Shown here one piece after another: positions 46,227 through 59,780 of a stretch of 64,000 bases of DNA. Position 1 is the stretch's first letter. The number at the start of each line of letters is the position of its first letter. The notes beneath the pieces are model-generated. The model had not been told where the DNA came from and did no database searches. It saw nothing but the letters and a program-made list of their open reading frames with translations. The DNA comes from Podarcis bocagei (taxonomy: Eukaryota), in the NCBI GenBank assembly GCA_964188305.1, contig OZ076888.1. One strand, 5' to 3'. The position numbers were made by a program, and so were the translations under genes.

Positions 46227-49200
46227 CATTAGAATATCCTACACACAGAATATCCTACACATATCCATGCCCCAGACAAACTACCACTTCTGAGGTAAAT
46301 GATGCTCAAGATTTGAAAAGACAGCTTCATCAGTATCTTCTCCAGACAGTTTTACATTCAAAGAATAGAAATGGCATTTGAAAAGAAACTCAGCACAGGT
46401 GATACAGACTTATCATTTCAGAAACTCCGTAGACTCCAGAATTTAAATTGAATTTTTAAGCTTAAAAATATGTATGTTGTTCACCTGCCCCAGAAGTCAT
46501 ATGAGAACTGTAACTATTCTGTTTGTGAAATGAGTCATTGTGTGTGAGATTGATGAGTTTTGCATGGAGGTGAGCTGAAGGTGAGAACACAAAGGCATTC
46601 TGTCACTCCTAGAGTGGATTAAATGCCTCATTCCTCATGAATATAGGAATATTTTAGGGGGGAAAATACATGAGCTTTTAGACTTTATTTCAGAAAAAAG
46701 GCAAAAATACAATTTCTTCATTCTTTTATTTTCTTCCTGGCCAACCTTTTCTATTAGAAAGCTCTTTCCAAAAACAGCATGTAAGTGTAAATGCTGCTGG
46801 TGAATATTAAATGTCTCCAGAGGATGAGTACAGGGGCCCTAAACACTCAAGTGCCTACAGTTCATATGCTGATTTTTACATTAGGTTTCCACGTCTCCAT
46901 TTCATCTTGAAAAAGTGTCCATTTAAATATCACCCACTAGGCTTCACAGCAAACAACCCAAAGCACCATTTATTCAATGAATTAATAGTTTCATAATGGC
47001 TGCACAATATGAAATCCAGTGCAACAGTTGTGCTAGCAGAAGCCTATTGGCTGTGCAGCAGCCTGTGCAACAGGAAGTATTGGGGCTAAACAATCTGTTG
47101 CTTAAACAACCATAATAACTTACACAAGCCATTCTTCTGGGAAAACAACCTTGTCAGTGGCTAAATTTCTTTTCCAGGCACTCAAGTGTCGGAAACGTAT
47201 AACTGAATGCTTTGACGTGGGTTATCTGTGAGAGGTCTAGTACTGTGGCCCTACCTTATTTATGTACCCCCTATGATGTTATAGTTTATAATTATTGTGC
47301 AATGTTTAATTCTGACTATCGGTCGAATAAAGGAAATTGATTGCTCTGAGCATTCAAAATACACAAGCCATTCTGCTAGCACAGCTAAGGAACTTTAACT
47401 TATTGCCATATTGAATTCTCCCACTGATTGGGGCAGAAAGAAACTGGGATGAATTGACAAGGGCAAACTATTTATTGGGAAATGTAGCTTTTGAAAGGTG
47501 GCATCACGTGGGTCATAGCAAGATTTTTGTTATGTTTGTGAAAGCCGAGCTAATGTTTAGAGGAGGATTCCAAAGAAAATAATTAACCCGTGTAGGAAAA
47601 TCTGTGTGGTGTTGTTTTAGAACCAGTATTTACCTGTTCTTGTAGTGAAACATTGCCAGAGCTTTCTGGCTTTATCGAATTAGACAGTTGCTTTCTGGGA
47701 TACACTCATGGTGACATGTAAATTCTCTTTGATCTTGTCATACGCGTGCTAGAGAAACCCATTCATCTTAGAGAATGTGTTAAGTGCAAGGACTTGGAGA
47801 AAAGTGAAACCGTTATGACAAGGAAAGTCAGTTTGATAGCAGTGGCAAACCACTCTGAAATAGTAAATAGAAGTCTATATTTATGTTAAAAAAAACCCCC
47901 ATGCATTTGAGACTGGGACAATGGCTTTGGGTAGTACTGTAAATATCCTCCTGCCTCCCTTAATGGAAATGGCCTAGAAGGCATTTCAGCAATAGTTTTG
48001 TCTAGGGGGAAATAAAATTTATTGGATATTGGTACATGGATTGTTTATTCCAAGTAAATTGTAAATATATAAACAGATAACTATGTATACCCATGTATCA
48101 CCTAATATGTATATTTTTGTTTGTTTGTTAACTTGTCGGTTTATCTTCTTTTTCAATAAGATCTGTAGGGTACCTATATCTTTTTTTGAGGACCAGAAGA
48201 GTTTTGCCTGACAAACTTGTTGAACAATCAAGGGAGCTACACAAGCAGCTTGATGGCCTATAACATCTGACATCTCTCTCCAGCCTTGAAAATGGGACAC
48301 CCATGAGAGAGTTTGAGGGAAGGACAGAAAGACAGCTAGAATCAGTACTGTAGTTTGATTTCAAAAATAGGCAGAAGTTGCAAGATTAGCTGCAGGGGTC
48401 CACGCAGTTTCTGTGTGTCAAGGCATGTTCTGAAGGCAGATGACACGGCCACATTGCTGTAGCTAAGCAAGTCTACAACTAGTTAGTATCTGGATAGGAG
48501 ACTGATTGAAAACCCCATGCACACTGCTTTGAGCCCCATGATGGAAGGGGGGGGGGGAGTAGGATACAAATGTACTCATTAAAAGATGCATAATGAGAAA
48601 TTTTGTAGCCTGGCATACAAAATTGTATTTTGTGTTTATATTTGTAATTAAAACAGATACTACAAACACTGTAAAATGCTAATGCTCTCTAATCCAAATA
48701 CAAATGAATTATATGGCATTGCTCCTGGACTTTACACCATTTGTGGAAGTCTAGAATATGCAACAATACCTGAAACACAATAGCTAGACTTCTCTGTAAT
48801 ATCTTAGAAGTCATTTTATCTTACTTCCTTCACAACATTTTGTATCAGATTTTTGCTATAATTTTGCAAGTTAGATATCTGAACTGCTATCTGAAAGTAA
48901 AAGCTTCTATCAGAGTCCAATAAATTAAAAAACAAAACAAGCATTTGTGTTTAAGGGAAAGTGAGTCCCAATGACTTATACTGCAATGGTCACTGCTAAA
49001 ATTAGTGTTCTGGAGTAGTTATTCCCCCACTTAGCTCCTATAAACATTTGAGCATGCTTTTGGTTTCTGTGACAGGCATCTAACTTCAATGATAAAGACT
49101 GTAGGCTTTTTTTGTCCGGGAGAAGAAATAAAAAAGATCCAGTAAACTCAAGCCACTTCAATTAAAGGAATGTGAATTGAAAGATGGCACATTCTTTTTT

Positions 49201-50478
49201 ATTTTCATGGTTTTCCTTGCAATAAAGAACACAGTCGCACTGTTCTTCCCACACATCAAACCAGCCACTTGAATTTAGCTTGTGTAACAAGGGTTTGTGT
49301 TTGATCACACAGTCTCTTTGAGCAAGATTGTATATAGTGACAGCTGGTGGTGACTAGTAAAAGGAATAGGCAGATTGCTTTGCTTTGGTCCAGTACTCCT
49401 ATACTTAGGAGATGGCAATAGCAATACTGTCCCAAACACTAACTGCTGAGAGGTTCAATTCTCCTGTGATGCAGTCTGTTCTCTTCTTAGACTAACTACT
49501 GGAAATGTGCCACTCTTGCTGTTTCTACTTTTGGTTTGGGTAGATATCCCAATTTTCAGTTTCTCATTTTTCCAATCTCAAGGGCATTTCTCCACATTTC
49601 CTTTAGGTAGAATCTAGTCTAGTAAATATATGGAAAGTATGAATCACAGTTGTATTAAGTCAAAGAACTCCCAAAGATAAAAAAAGAAGCTATATTGAGT
49701 AGGCACCATGCTCTGAGTGAGAAATTAATGGAAAATATAAAAGCATTAGGACAAAGGCCACATTTATTTGTTCACTTTTTGCAGTCCATTTAGAACCAAC
49801 CAGTAACAGTTTGGCAAATTATTCTGTGACTATGTCATAGACACCAGTTCTCATTCAGTTCATGATTATTATTTTTTTTAAAAAAAAGACCAATGAAGAT
49901 TTACCAGCATTTTACTGCAAATTTGTCCAATACAAAAAAAAATTTGAAAAGGGATTTCGCCTAATAAAATGCAATTTTGAATATGCTTTTCACTAAAATA
50001 TACCCTAATATATGCATTTTTGTATACATTACTTAGAACTGTGTCACAAAATGAAGATATTAGCAAATTTTGAAGGCAGGCTATGTTTCAGTTCATATAT
50101 TGCTTTGGAAAGTGCAAAATAGGTAGGTTCACCTTTTAATATGAACTGAATTGAATTTCTTTCCTATTCCTTGTGGTTGGATAATCACTTTAGTTTTCAT
50201 ACAAAGGTCCAACTGCAGTTATTAAAACTCTGGAACCTTTGGCTCTAGAAGTGATGGTTAGGAAAAGTTGGTACTGCATCTGTATTTATAAATATTTATA
50301 TTCCTCCTCAGTCTGCAATATTCTTTCATGCCTTTTGCTGGGCTGATTTAGAAGAGTTTCTAATTGAAACAGAGGGCATGTTTTCCCAGGCCCCGTTAGT
50401 GGTAGCAGGAATTTCTTATGCCCAGACAGGGCTGGTATCAAGTATCTTAATAGTGATGAGAAGGGTTTATGCAACAGA

Positions 50479-50645
50479 NNNNNNNNNNNNNNNNNNNNNN
50501 NNNNNNNNNNNNNNNNNNNNNNNNNNNNNNNNNNNNNNNNNNNNNNNNNNNNNNNNNNNNNNNNNNNNNNNNNNNNNNNNNNNNNNNNNNNNNNNNNNNN
50601 NNNNNNNNNNNNNNNNNNNNNNNNNNNNNNNNNNNNNNNNNNNNN
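50479..50645. other. Assembly gap (167 N)
   Basis: Run of N. Confidence 0.99.
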
Positions 50646-51140
50646 TGTGCCTGTCACTTTCACACTTTGAGTCAGGTAGAAAGTGAAGGAGAGGTCCAGA
50701 GGTCTTTGCTGATTCTTAAAGCAGGAAAAGAAGGGGGTGGTATGATATAACACTTCTGATTTCATTCAGATACTGGCAAAGCAGGTATGTAGGTTGGCAG
50801 CTGGATCATGTGGCCAAGTTGTGCATTTCTGGAAAGCCAATTTACAATGTCGATCACACAGGTTAGGTGGGAGAAGGCACGGGGAACCCTGAATGTGGTG
50901 CCACCTGTTCCATAATTTTCACTCCTGTCTTACATCGTGACCTTCAATTTCTTATCTGGCTAGCAGAAGGACAATTCTTCTGCCTGTGCCATCTCCAAGG
51001 GCTTAACCCAGCATTAATGCCAGTCATGTTTGACTGGAAAAAGAAGATTCCTTTGAATTTTGAAATTGTATTTTAAACTGGGTCTAACAAGAATCAAGAT
51101 TAGAGCTGTCTTGCAATCTCACTAGAACAAAAGTGACTCT

Positions 51141-51174
<34 letters not shown>
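51141..51174. repeat. (TAGA)n microsatellite
   Basis: About 8 tetramer units. Confidence 0.95.
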
Positions 51175-51300
51175 TGGCATCACAAATTGCATTACTCAAG
51201 TAGTGGACGAATCTTCTTTGTGTCACCTTTCCTGTTTACATAGCACAGGAAATCCAAGTGTGATTATTCTTTTATATTCTTTTAATGCATGTTCCCAATA

Positions 51301-51526
51301 CAGTGGTACCTCAGGTTAAGAACTTAATTCGTTCTGGAGGTCTGTTCTTAACCTGAAACTGTTCTTAACCTAAAGGACCATTTTAGCTAATGGGGCCTCC
51401 TGCTGCCGCTGCACCGCTGCTGCACGATTTCTGTTCTCATCCTGAAGCAAAGTTCTTAACCCGAGGTAATATTTCTGGGTTAGCGGAGTCTGTAACCTGA
51501 AGCGTATGTAACCCGAGGTACCACTG
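51301..51526. mobile_element. Tc1/mariner MITE
   Basis: TIRs cagtggtacctcaggtta / taacccgaggtaccactg; TA flanks. Confidence 0.9.
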
Positions 51527-52982
51527 TAGTTCATTGATTTATTCCTCCTCACACAATTCCATGCAAGTTTTCTTGGAAGTCAGTCCCACTGTATTCAACA
51601 GAGTTAACTTCCAGTAAAGTATGCACAGGGTACACCTCAGTCTAGGTTTACTTTGCAAATGCTCATAATAATCATAAATAAATATTCAGCTTATGAAACA
51701 AAAAAGGGTACAAGTGCTGTTTCCCTTCTGTGCATGTGAACTTAAATAGGGCAATTTGCTATTCTCACTAAGCTCCTGGGTGATCAGAGTACCTGCCAGC
51801 AGCAGCAGCAGCAATATGGGCAGAAGCAATATCCAGGGGCAGCCCAAGATTAGGGTCCAAGTAATCAGAGTACAAAACAAAGTGTCAGTTGAGAGGCAAG
51901 GTCCAGAGCCATAAGGTGCTTCCAGACTGTCATTATTTTCAGGTGGGATTCAATCACATAGTGGCAAATTCAGGTTGTTCCATTAAGGCTGGAATCTGGA
52001 ACTCTTGCAAACCAATTTCACTTCCCCCTAAGCCTGCACTTTTTGTGGTAAGGAAAATGATAGGAAAATGCAGTGAAAAGTCTGGGATAACACCTGCTTG
52101 ATGCAGCACCATCTAATCACCCCACAAACAAATTAAGATGAATGCTCATTAAAGAGCCCGTGTGCTCTAATCTCTCTAGAAAAGAAGTCAGGCTGGATTT
52201 TCATTACACAGGTTGTCTGGAAGCGCTTTTGGTATTGCCTAAAATAGCTGCTTCATATGCTAAAGGATTTGGTGGCAAATCAGTGCTCTCTTCTGCATAG
52301 CATGGCTTCTTGTTGTACGGCACTCAATCACAGCATTAGTGTCTAAATGGTCTGATGATTATTGGTTGGCAAAATGAGAACACACAAAAAGAGAAAACAA
52401 GACCCAAATGTAAATATTTAAATACTGAAAAAATAAAACAAATGAAAAGACTTCCCAGTGGGTGAATATTCCTGTTTCTGCTTTAGCACTTGAAATCTAA
52501 AGCAGTAAAAGACTAACAAAGTTCACCAAAGAGTTCTGACTGATCTCCAGAGGCACTGGCTTTATCTTTAAAAACTTGTATGAAGAGAAATAAATACAAC
52601 AAGAGAGATATCTTAAATAAAATAGCTCAAGAGGCAGGACTACCTGCTGAGGGCAACTTCAATGGAAACTAGTGCTGTTCTGGAGCATTTTCAGTCGACA
52701 GCTTCAGCAGCAGCAGGAATATGGACAAAGCTTATGAAACCAAAATTTCAATGGGAACGGCATTTGCAATACAATTCTTTTTAAAGGACTTGGCAGAATG
52801 GGATGTCAGGGGGGAAACCCCACCAATAGCAGAAATGATTATTTCCCCTTGCTTCATATAATTCATGGTATCCAGAACAATGTGTTCATTTAATGTCTAT
52901 TTGTTGAACAGGCAATATCTGAAAAAGGGGGAAAGTACTCTGAATGTGGGCATTAAAGTTTCAGCACAAAGAGGACCTGTAC

Positions 52983-53275
52983 TGTTAAGTTGTGGGTAGA
53001 CATAGCAGACGACACAGCGATTCTTCCAAAGCAGCTCTTTTATTTGTAAGCTGGAACAGAACTGGCTGAGGAGCTCAGTCAGCCTGCTTATATAGAGCTC
53101 CAGAACAATGTAACTGTTGCCATTTTCTAAAACTATCCAATCACTGAACGTCACTTTCGATCCTTTATTTGCATACAAACTATCCAATCACTGAACGTTA
53201 CTTTCGATCCTTCATTTGCATAACTATCTACAGTATCCCCCTGCTGGCCCAGGGTGAGAACTTCAGTACATAACA
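52983..53275 (-). mobile_element. Solo LTR, 293 bp
   Basis: Termini TGTTA...TAACA; perfect 5-bp TSD TGTAC (52978-52982, 53276-53280). The minus strand has TATATAA (53088-53094) then AATAAA (53039-53044), and a 47-bp tandem duplication in U3. Confidence 0.9.
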
Positions 53276-55203
53276 TGTACACTACAAGGATTTATTACTT
53301 TTTTATTTTCCAAACTAACCCCCCCCCCCAATCATGTGAATTTATAAGCATTATGTTTGCAACTCCGGAGAGCACAACAAAAGAACTAACAAACTACTAC
53401 TCAATATGGCGGGAAATGGGTTACAGGGCAGTTTTTGGAAAGATCTGAGTTCCTGAGCTTCTTCTGACAGTTTTATTTATTTTATTTCAATACATGTAAT
53501 TTAGGACTATTATCAAAGTTGCATGCGCTGCCTTACCTGACCCTTCCCCGAAAGATACGTGTGTGCTATCATTGCTCTCTCAATCTGTTTCCTTCTTATC
53601 CTTTCATGGGAGAAGGGGTGGTTTGTAAAGAAACATGCTTTACTTTTGTTTCTTTGCTTCCCACACTCCAATACATATTTGAATTATGTCCTGTTAAGAA
53701 TCCACAGACAGTGACTAGGAGCTAGGGCAATTCTGATTGACATCAATGAGAATTTCCACCTTAATAGTCCCAGCCATGTAGAAGGATTGATTATCATTCC
53801 AATCAAGGCTAGGAAGGGAACAGGCAAGCTTCTGCTAACCACACACCACATTTACAATAGGACTTGTACCACCCTTGCCTATAATTCATTTAACCGAGAG
53901 AGAGAGAGGGGGGGGGTACACACCAGAGCCGGCCTAGCCATTAGACAGGGTGAAACCACTGCAGAAACCCCCGGGCAGCACCATCATAGCTGCCCTGCCA
54001 CCACTGCCATCAGTGCTGATTTGGGACAAGATTGAGTCCATTTTGGGTAACTTCTCGCCCAAAATCGAGTAAGTTCTTGGGGAGCAGGCAATTCAGACAG
54101 CAGCAGGTATGGTGGTGGTGGGAGCAGAAGCAACAGTAGCAACAGGAGGGCAGCACTTCCTTTTTTGCCTCAAGTGGTAAAAAGGGATGTGCCTCCCCAT
54201 GTACACACCACACAATAAATGTAACATAGAGTTTTTCCCTAACCTTACTTGGGTTGGAGAGCTTCTGTGACCCTGGACAGGCAAGTTCAGGACTGCATCT
54301 CAGGTGCCTGAGCCTACAGAGCAAGGAAGCTGTGGAATTCCTGAACTTGCTTCTTCAGCTTCACAAAAGCTAGGAAGCTTTCAAAATACTCTATTCTGGT
54401 ACTGAGGACTTGGCGGGGTGGGCAGATGAAATTTTGATAGGGCATTAGTAAGCTAACAGAAAGCAGAAGCACGTTTTGTAAATAATGAAAACAAAACTAA
54501 GTTCAAATCAACTGTAGCTTATACTATGTTAAGTCTTCAAGATATGTAAACGTTCACATTGGAACTTTTAATTTAAGCCTAAAATAGGAACCGGACTAGG
54601 TATTTCTTTCTATATTCAGATTCAGGTGAGCAAATTCATAATTGCACTGTATTCCATACAGAGAGATAATCTTAAAAACAAGTTGTCATTTAATTTACTC
54701 TTCTTAAGCTGTCTGAGCTCAGCAAATACCCCTTGGGATTTTTTTTCCTGCTCACATCATCACTATAAGGTTTAGAATAATAATAATAAAGATTCATTAT
54801 TTAAGTAATATTGATTGCCCAAATATTTTCTTTTTGATGATATACTAAGTTAATACATATTTAAGTAGGTCATTGAGCCATGCATTATTCAGCCAAGAAT
54901 TTGCAAAAGGCACTGAAATGGCCTTTGCACCTGCAATGTAATACTTATGTAAAATGCATAGCCTACTAAAAAGTAATAGCCATATGCAAAACAGGCTTAT
55001 TGTCAGCAGCAATTTAATGTTTTTATTTTGATATGCATTTTTTTATAGCTGACCCACAGCAATTAAAAATTCTGCAGATACCACCATTCAGATTTCTTTT
55101 CTTTTGGGTGTTTTTTTAAGCTTGTCCAAACTGAGTGGCAACGGTCAATTCCTAAGCAAAAGAAAGACAGAAATGTAACTGACATACAGAGGATGCCCCT
55201 TTA

Positions 55204-55204
<1 letters not shown>

Positions 55205-55234
<30 letters not shown>

Positions 55235-55494
55235 AAGAAGAAGAAGAAGAAGAGGAGTTTGGATTTGATATCCCGCCTTTCACTCCCCTTCAGGAGTCTC
55301 AAAGCGGCTAACAATCTCCTTTCCCTTCCTCCCCCACAACAAACACTCTGTGAGGTGAGTGGGGCTGAGAGACTTCAGAGAAGTGTGACTGGCCCAAGGT
55401 CACCCAGCAGCTGCATGTGGAGGAGCGGAGACGCGAAGCCGGTTCCCCAGATTACATGACTACCACTCTTAACCACTACACCACACTGGCTCTC
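55205..55494 (-). mobile_element. Squam3-like SINE with expanded (CTT)n tail
   Basis: Same family as the 5352 copy; about 16 AAG units on the plus strand; possible TSD TATAAG (55202-55207, 55495-55500). Confidence 0.9.
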
Positions 55495-55788
55495 TATAAG
55501 TAAGCTTGGAGCACCATAGGCAAGATGGCGGGAGTATTAGATTAGCCCCACCAGCCTGCCCTACTCATCCTGGTATGTCACAGTGATGCTGCTACCAGGA
55601 GGTCAGATCCTCACCACTTCTCCAGGAGCTGCAGGAGCTCATTAGGAGCCAAGAAAGCAGGAAACAGCAAGGCAGGCACCTGATGGCCCTTATCAGAATG
55701 GCAGGTTGTTCAGATTCAAGTACCAGTGTAAAAAGCTTATTCAACAAAATGTATACACCATTTGATTATTATTATTTAAGTCACTAAG

Positions 55789-56222
55789 TGTAATAAATGT
55801 AGGGGTTACTCGTGCGCAAGTAGGTGCCACTCCTGGCTAGTTTGCCTTGTTAAACCTTTTCTGTCTGGACAGCCCTACACTTTGTGGCTGTTCAGTCGCT
55901 GGCAGAATCCGTCAGTGGGCGTTTCTTAAACCTTTCCCAGCATAAAAGTTGTTTGACTCCAAGTCTCCTCCTATTCTCGCTGCGTGGAAGTCTTCTGCAC
56001 AGGGAGGGCGTGGGTAGCGGAGGACCCGTGCTCTCCTCGCTGATCTCCGGCGAGGAGTCCTAGAGCCCCCTCGCCGATTCCCCCATCTGCCCCCCTTTAT
56101 CCCCGGTGTTACGCTGATTTCCTTCCGCAGCTGGTGAGCCGCCTCTCCCCCTGCTGGGCCCTTCTCCAGCATCGTTTGAGAGCCTCGCCTCCGCCTCTGG
56201 CTCCGATGTCAGTTCCCTGACA
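55789..56222 (-). mobile_element. Solo LTR (Gypsy-like), 434 bp
   Basis: TG...CA termini; perfect 5-bp TSD CTAAG (55784-55788, 56223-56227); minus strand starts TGTCAGGG like the 5737 LTR; CpG-rich. Strand assigned by analogy. Confidence 0.85.
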
Positions 56223-56593
56223 CTAAGGTTTAATATAAAATATATTTTGAAGGTTTACCGCACAGGGAGGGAACTTTTTTCAAACTGAGGCAGAGAGCCT
56301 ACCAGGGGCTGCATTCCACTGGTGGGTGGGGACAGGGATAAAAGGGGATGCATCAATGGATGTAACTCTCAGCAGGCGGTATTCTAGCCACACAAAAGCC
56401 AGAGGTTTCTTTACCATTGACGCACATCTCTCTCCAGACAAGCAGTCAAAAGGCATTATTTTAGTTTACCCAGGCAAAAGCACCTGCAGGGGTATGGAGC
56501 AAAGAGAAGAGTATGGTGCAAAGAGAGGAGTATGGTCAGGGGAGTGAGATGGGGTCTGGGGAAAGTACCAAGGTGTGTGAGTATTTGGTGCAA

Positions 56594-56597
<4 letters not shown>

Positions 56598-56648
<51 letters not shown>
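56598..56648. repeat. (TA)n microsatellite
   Basis: Pure TA run. Confidence 0.97.
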
Positions 56649-56650
<2 letters not shown>

Positions 56651-56673
56651 AGGTGTGTCAGCAATGGTGGGTT

Positions 56674-56930
56674 GAGAGCCAGTGTGGTGTAGTGGTTAAG
56701 AGCGGTAGTCTCGTAATCTGGGGAACCGGGTTCATGTCTCCGCTCCTCCACATGCAGCTGCTGGGTGACCCTGGGCCAGTCACACTTCTTTGAAGTCTCT
56801 CAGCCCCACTCACCTCACAGAGTGTTTGTTGTGGGGGAGGAAGGGAAAGGAGAATGTTAGCCGCTTTGAGACTCCTTAAAGGGAGTGAAAGGCGGGATAT
56901 CAAATCCAAACTCTTCTTCTTCTTCTTCCT
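56674..56930 (+). mobile_element. Squam3-like SINE
   Basis: gagagccagtgtggtgtagtggttaagagc head and (CTT)n tail; inverted relative to the 55205 copy. Confidence 0.9.
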
Positions 56931-56946
56931 GCAAAATGTTCAGGCC

Positions 56947-57154
56947 TAGGGCGACCATATGTCTGGATTTTCCTGGACATTACTGGTATTTTAAAGGCGG
57001 AATTGACGTCCAGGGGGGATTTACAAAAGGCAGCACTTTGTCCTGGATCTTAGGCAAGTCAATCAAAGCTCAACAATTTATGGGGGTTTCCTAAAAACAA
57101 CTCAACATCTTTCCAGGTGTACTGGTTTTTACTTTTTGAAATATGGTAACCCTA
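56947..57154. mobile_element. hAT-like MITE
   Basis: TIRs tagggcgaccatat / atatggtaacccta; imperfect 8-bp TSD ttcaggcc/cttaggcc. Confidence 0.72.
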
Positions 57155-59780
57155 CTTAGGCCTCACCATTTGATAACAGGCCTGAATTTATTGCAGTGTG
57201 AGCTCTATTACACCAGAGATTTACATCACACAGGCTTGCTTTTTTAAAAATAATATCAATTCAATTTCTAGCCCTTCAAGCATGCCATTATGGATTCCTT
57301 CTCCATTTAGGAAAGTGTGAAGTGTATATTAGGTAGGTCCACCTTTAGATGCAAATTAAATCAAATCTCTCCCTTCCTGCATCCTTACCAGGATATACAT
57401 ATTACACACTGCCCTGTTGTTCCAACCTTTCTATTAAATCATTTGGAGGTACAGTAAACCTCCTCGAAGAAAATAAGCTTTTTAAAAATGCCAGATGTGG
57501 AGAGAAAGAATGCCTATCATATTCCTTCCGTATAACACAAGATCTCAAGGCTTGCCTGCCAATTAGGCAGTAGTCCATTAAAAAAGAAATAGTCCAAAGG
57601 CACCAGCATCTCTGAACAAACTTGTCTCAACTGGGGATGTGCAATCGGGTTGTTTGTTGTAGCTCTGGCTCCTCCCGTGCAAAGTGTTTTCCATGAGAAT
57701 TGGCTTCTCTCTTTTTCTCTCTCTTATCCTTCTACCCAAGCAGGATTAACCACCTAATCCTATGCATTACTCAGAAGAAAACCTGATGAATTCAATCAAA
57801 TGCATTCCCCAGTGTTTAGGATTGCAGCCTAAGCACTAGATTCTTACCATGTTCACTAAAAAAAACCAGTGTAATTTCTTTCAGTGGGAATTATTTCCAT
57901 GTGTGCTTAGCACCATATCTTCAGCTATTGAAAGGGAAATGAATAAACAGAACCAATGATGGGAGTTTGACACACTAGAATTTATTTTTACACACAGAAA
58001 ATGACTTTCTGTAAGACTCATGTATGCAGAAATCTTATTGGGAATAGCAAATAACAATAATAATTTAAAAAATGCTCTCATAAAGATACTGCTGCAAAGG
58101 AACAGAAATACTCTTCTAAGAACTGCACCTATTTCTTTTCTTCTTTTGCTTTTCGCTAACAGCACACTCATGGTTTAATGACTGGAGGCTAACAGCCAAG
58201 AAAGAAGGGTAAGATTAAATTTTATTATCCTCATACACAGCATGGTCTCTCTCAAAGCTATTCTCTATATTGTCAGGCGCCATAGACAATCAAATGTCTG
58301 TTAAGCTGCCTGGTCATTTCCTACAGAGAGAGGACCAATGCTATGATTAGCATCTTTTTTTCCCTCCTCCACAGATTGTTATTTGGTCCTTAGATAAATG
58401 ATTTCCTCAGATATAAAGTTAAATATTCAATAGATGTGATCCAAGAAAATTAATTTTCTCTTTAGACTCCTACATTATGGACCCTGGTAATATAATAAAT
58501 ATATTTTTAGAACCCGTAATATGTGAATTGCTTTAGCCTGACTGAAGAAAACAGTGTTCCCAGTAGAGCGCTTCTGACTAATATAATTAGAAATTAGTTA
58601 GCATATCACATATCTTTGTGGCTATATATAAACCTCCCCTGAATAATTCAAATAATAAATTCTGCCCCAGTGGAAAATGGAGCTCATTTCTCTGAATTTG
58701 TTAAATGTTTTCATTTCCAGAGACATGTGCTTAGGGATATTACCAATAAATTTTAAACCTTGCTATAATCTCTACAGGTATTATTTATGTAAATCCTCAC
58801 ACTACCGGGTGAACTCATATTTCTGTTACTCAGCCGCTGCTTGTGTTTTGCCTTTTATGCAAAATATTCCACATTTTCTGCTCTTCCCCACCTCCAATTT
58901 TAATTCTGAGATTCAGCAGAAATAGCAAAACATGTTATGACTTTGGAAGTAAAATCTGCACTGCAGGGTGAAACACTGCAAAGACTTAAATCTTGATTTG
59001 CAGGAACCACTGAAATGGGGGGAAGGGCACTCTGCAAAAATCCTATGATCAAAAGACCATCTACAAGTGAAATAAAACCAAGCTGGCTCAGATCAGTGTT
59101 GACTACTTTATACATTTTTTTCCAGTTATCACTAGTGTCTCCAAGTCTACTGAGTGTGTTTTAAACATACAAAGCAAGTGACCATGCTCAATAGCCTTGT
59201 TGGACATAACACTCAAAACTAGGGGCCAAATGCACCCCCCAAGCTTCTCTATCTGGACTTGGGAGTCTATCCAGCCCCTCCTCCCTGCCATACCATCTTT
59301 TCCCCTAGCCCTCACCAGTTTTGTTTCATATCATCCTTGAGTGATTTTGCCTGACTGGAACATGTCCTTTAACTCTGATAATAGTCATGCTTGCCTGTGT
59401 GGATGATAGAGAGGGAAGTGTGAGTGTATTTAGAAACTAGCCTACTATACAAAGGTAAAACATATTTTCATTGTTCTTGTTTGACTGGCATGCAGTCCCC
59501 AGAAGATTGCCTAGAAGGGAATATGGGCCTCAAGCTAATAAATCTTCTCCAATCCTGCACTAAACCATGATTTAGCATTATGAGAATGAGCCTTTGCAGG
59601 CCTCAGGTTCGCATGATTTCTCTATCTCCTCTGCCTCTGGCACAGGAATTTGACAGTATTTGGTTCTATTTTTGCCTAACCACAGCTTAGTGTGGCATAT
59701 CAACCTGAACCTTCCAACAGTTGTTTATGAAATTAGTTTCTTTTAGTTTTGGTTCAGTTTAGATATAATGGAAAATGATG

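Noticed and set aside
50286-50765. ORFs spanning poly-X
   Set aside because: Artefacts of the N gap.
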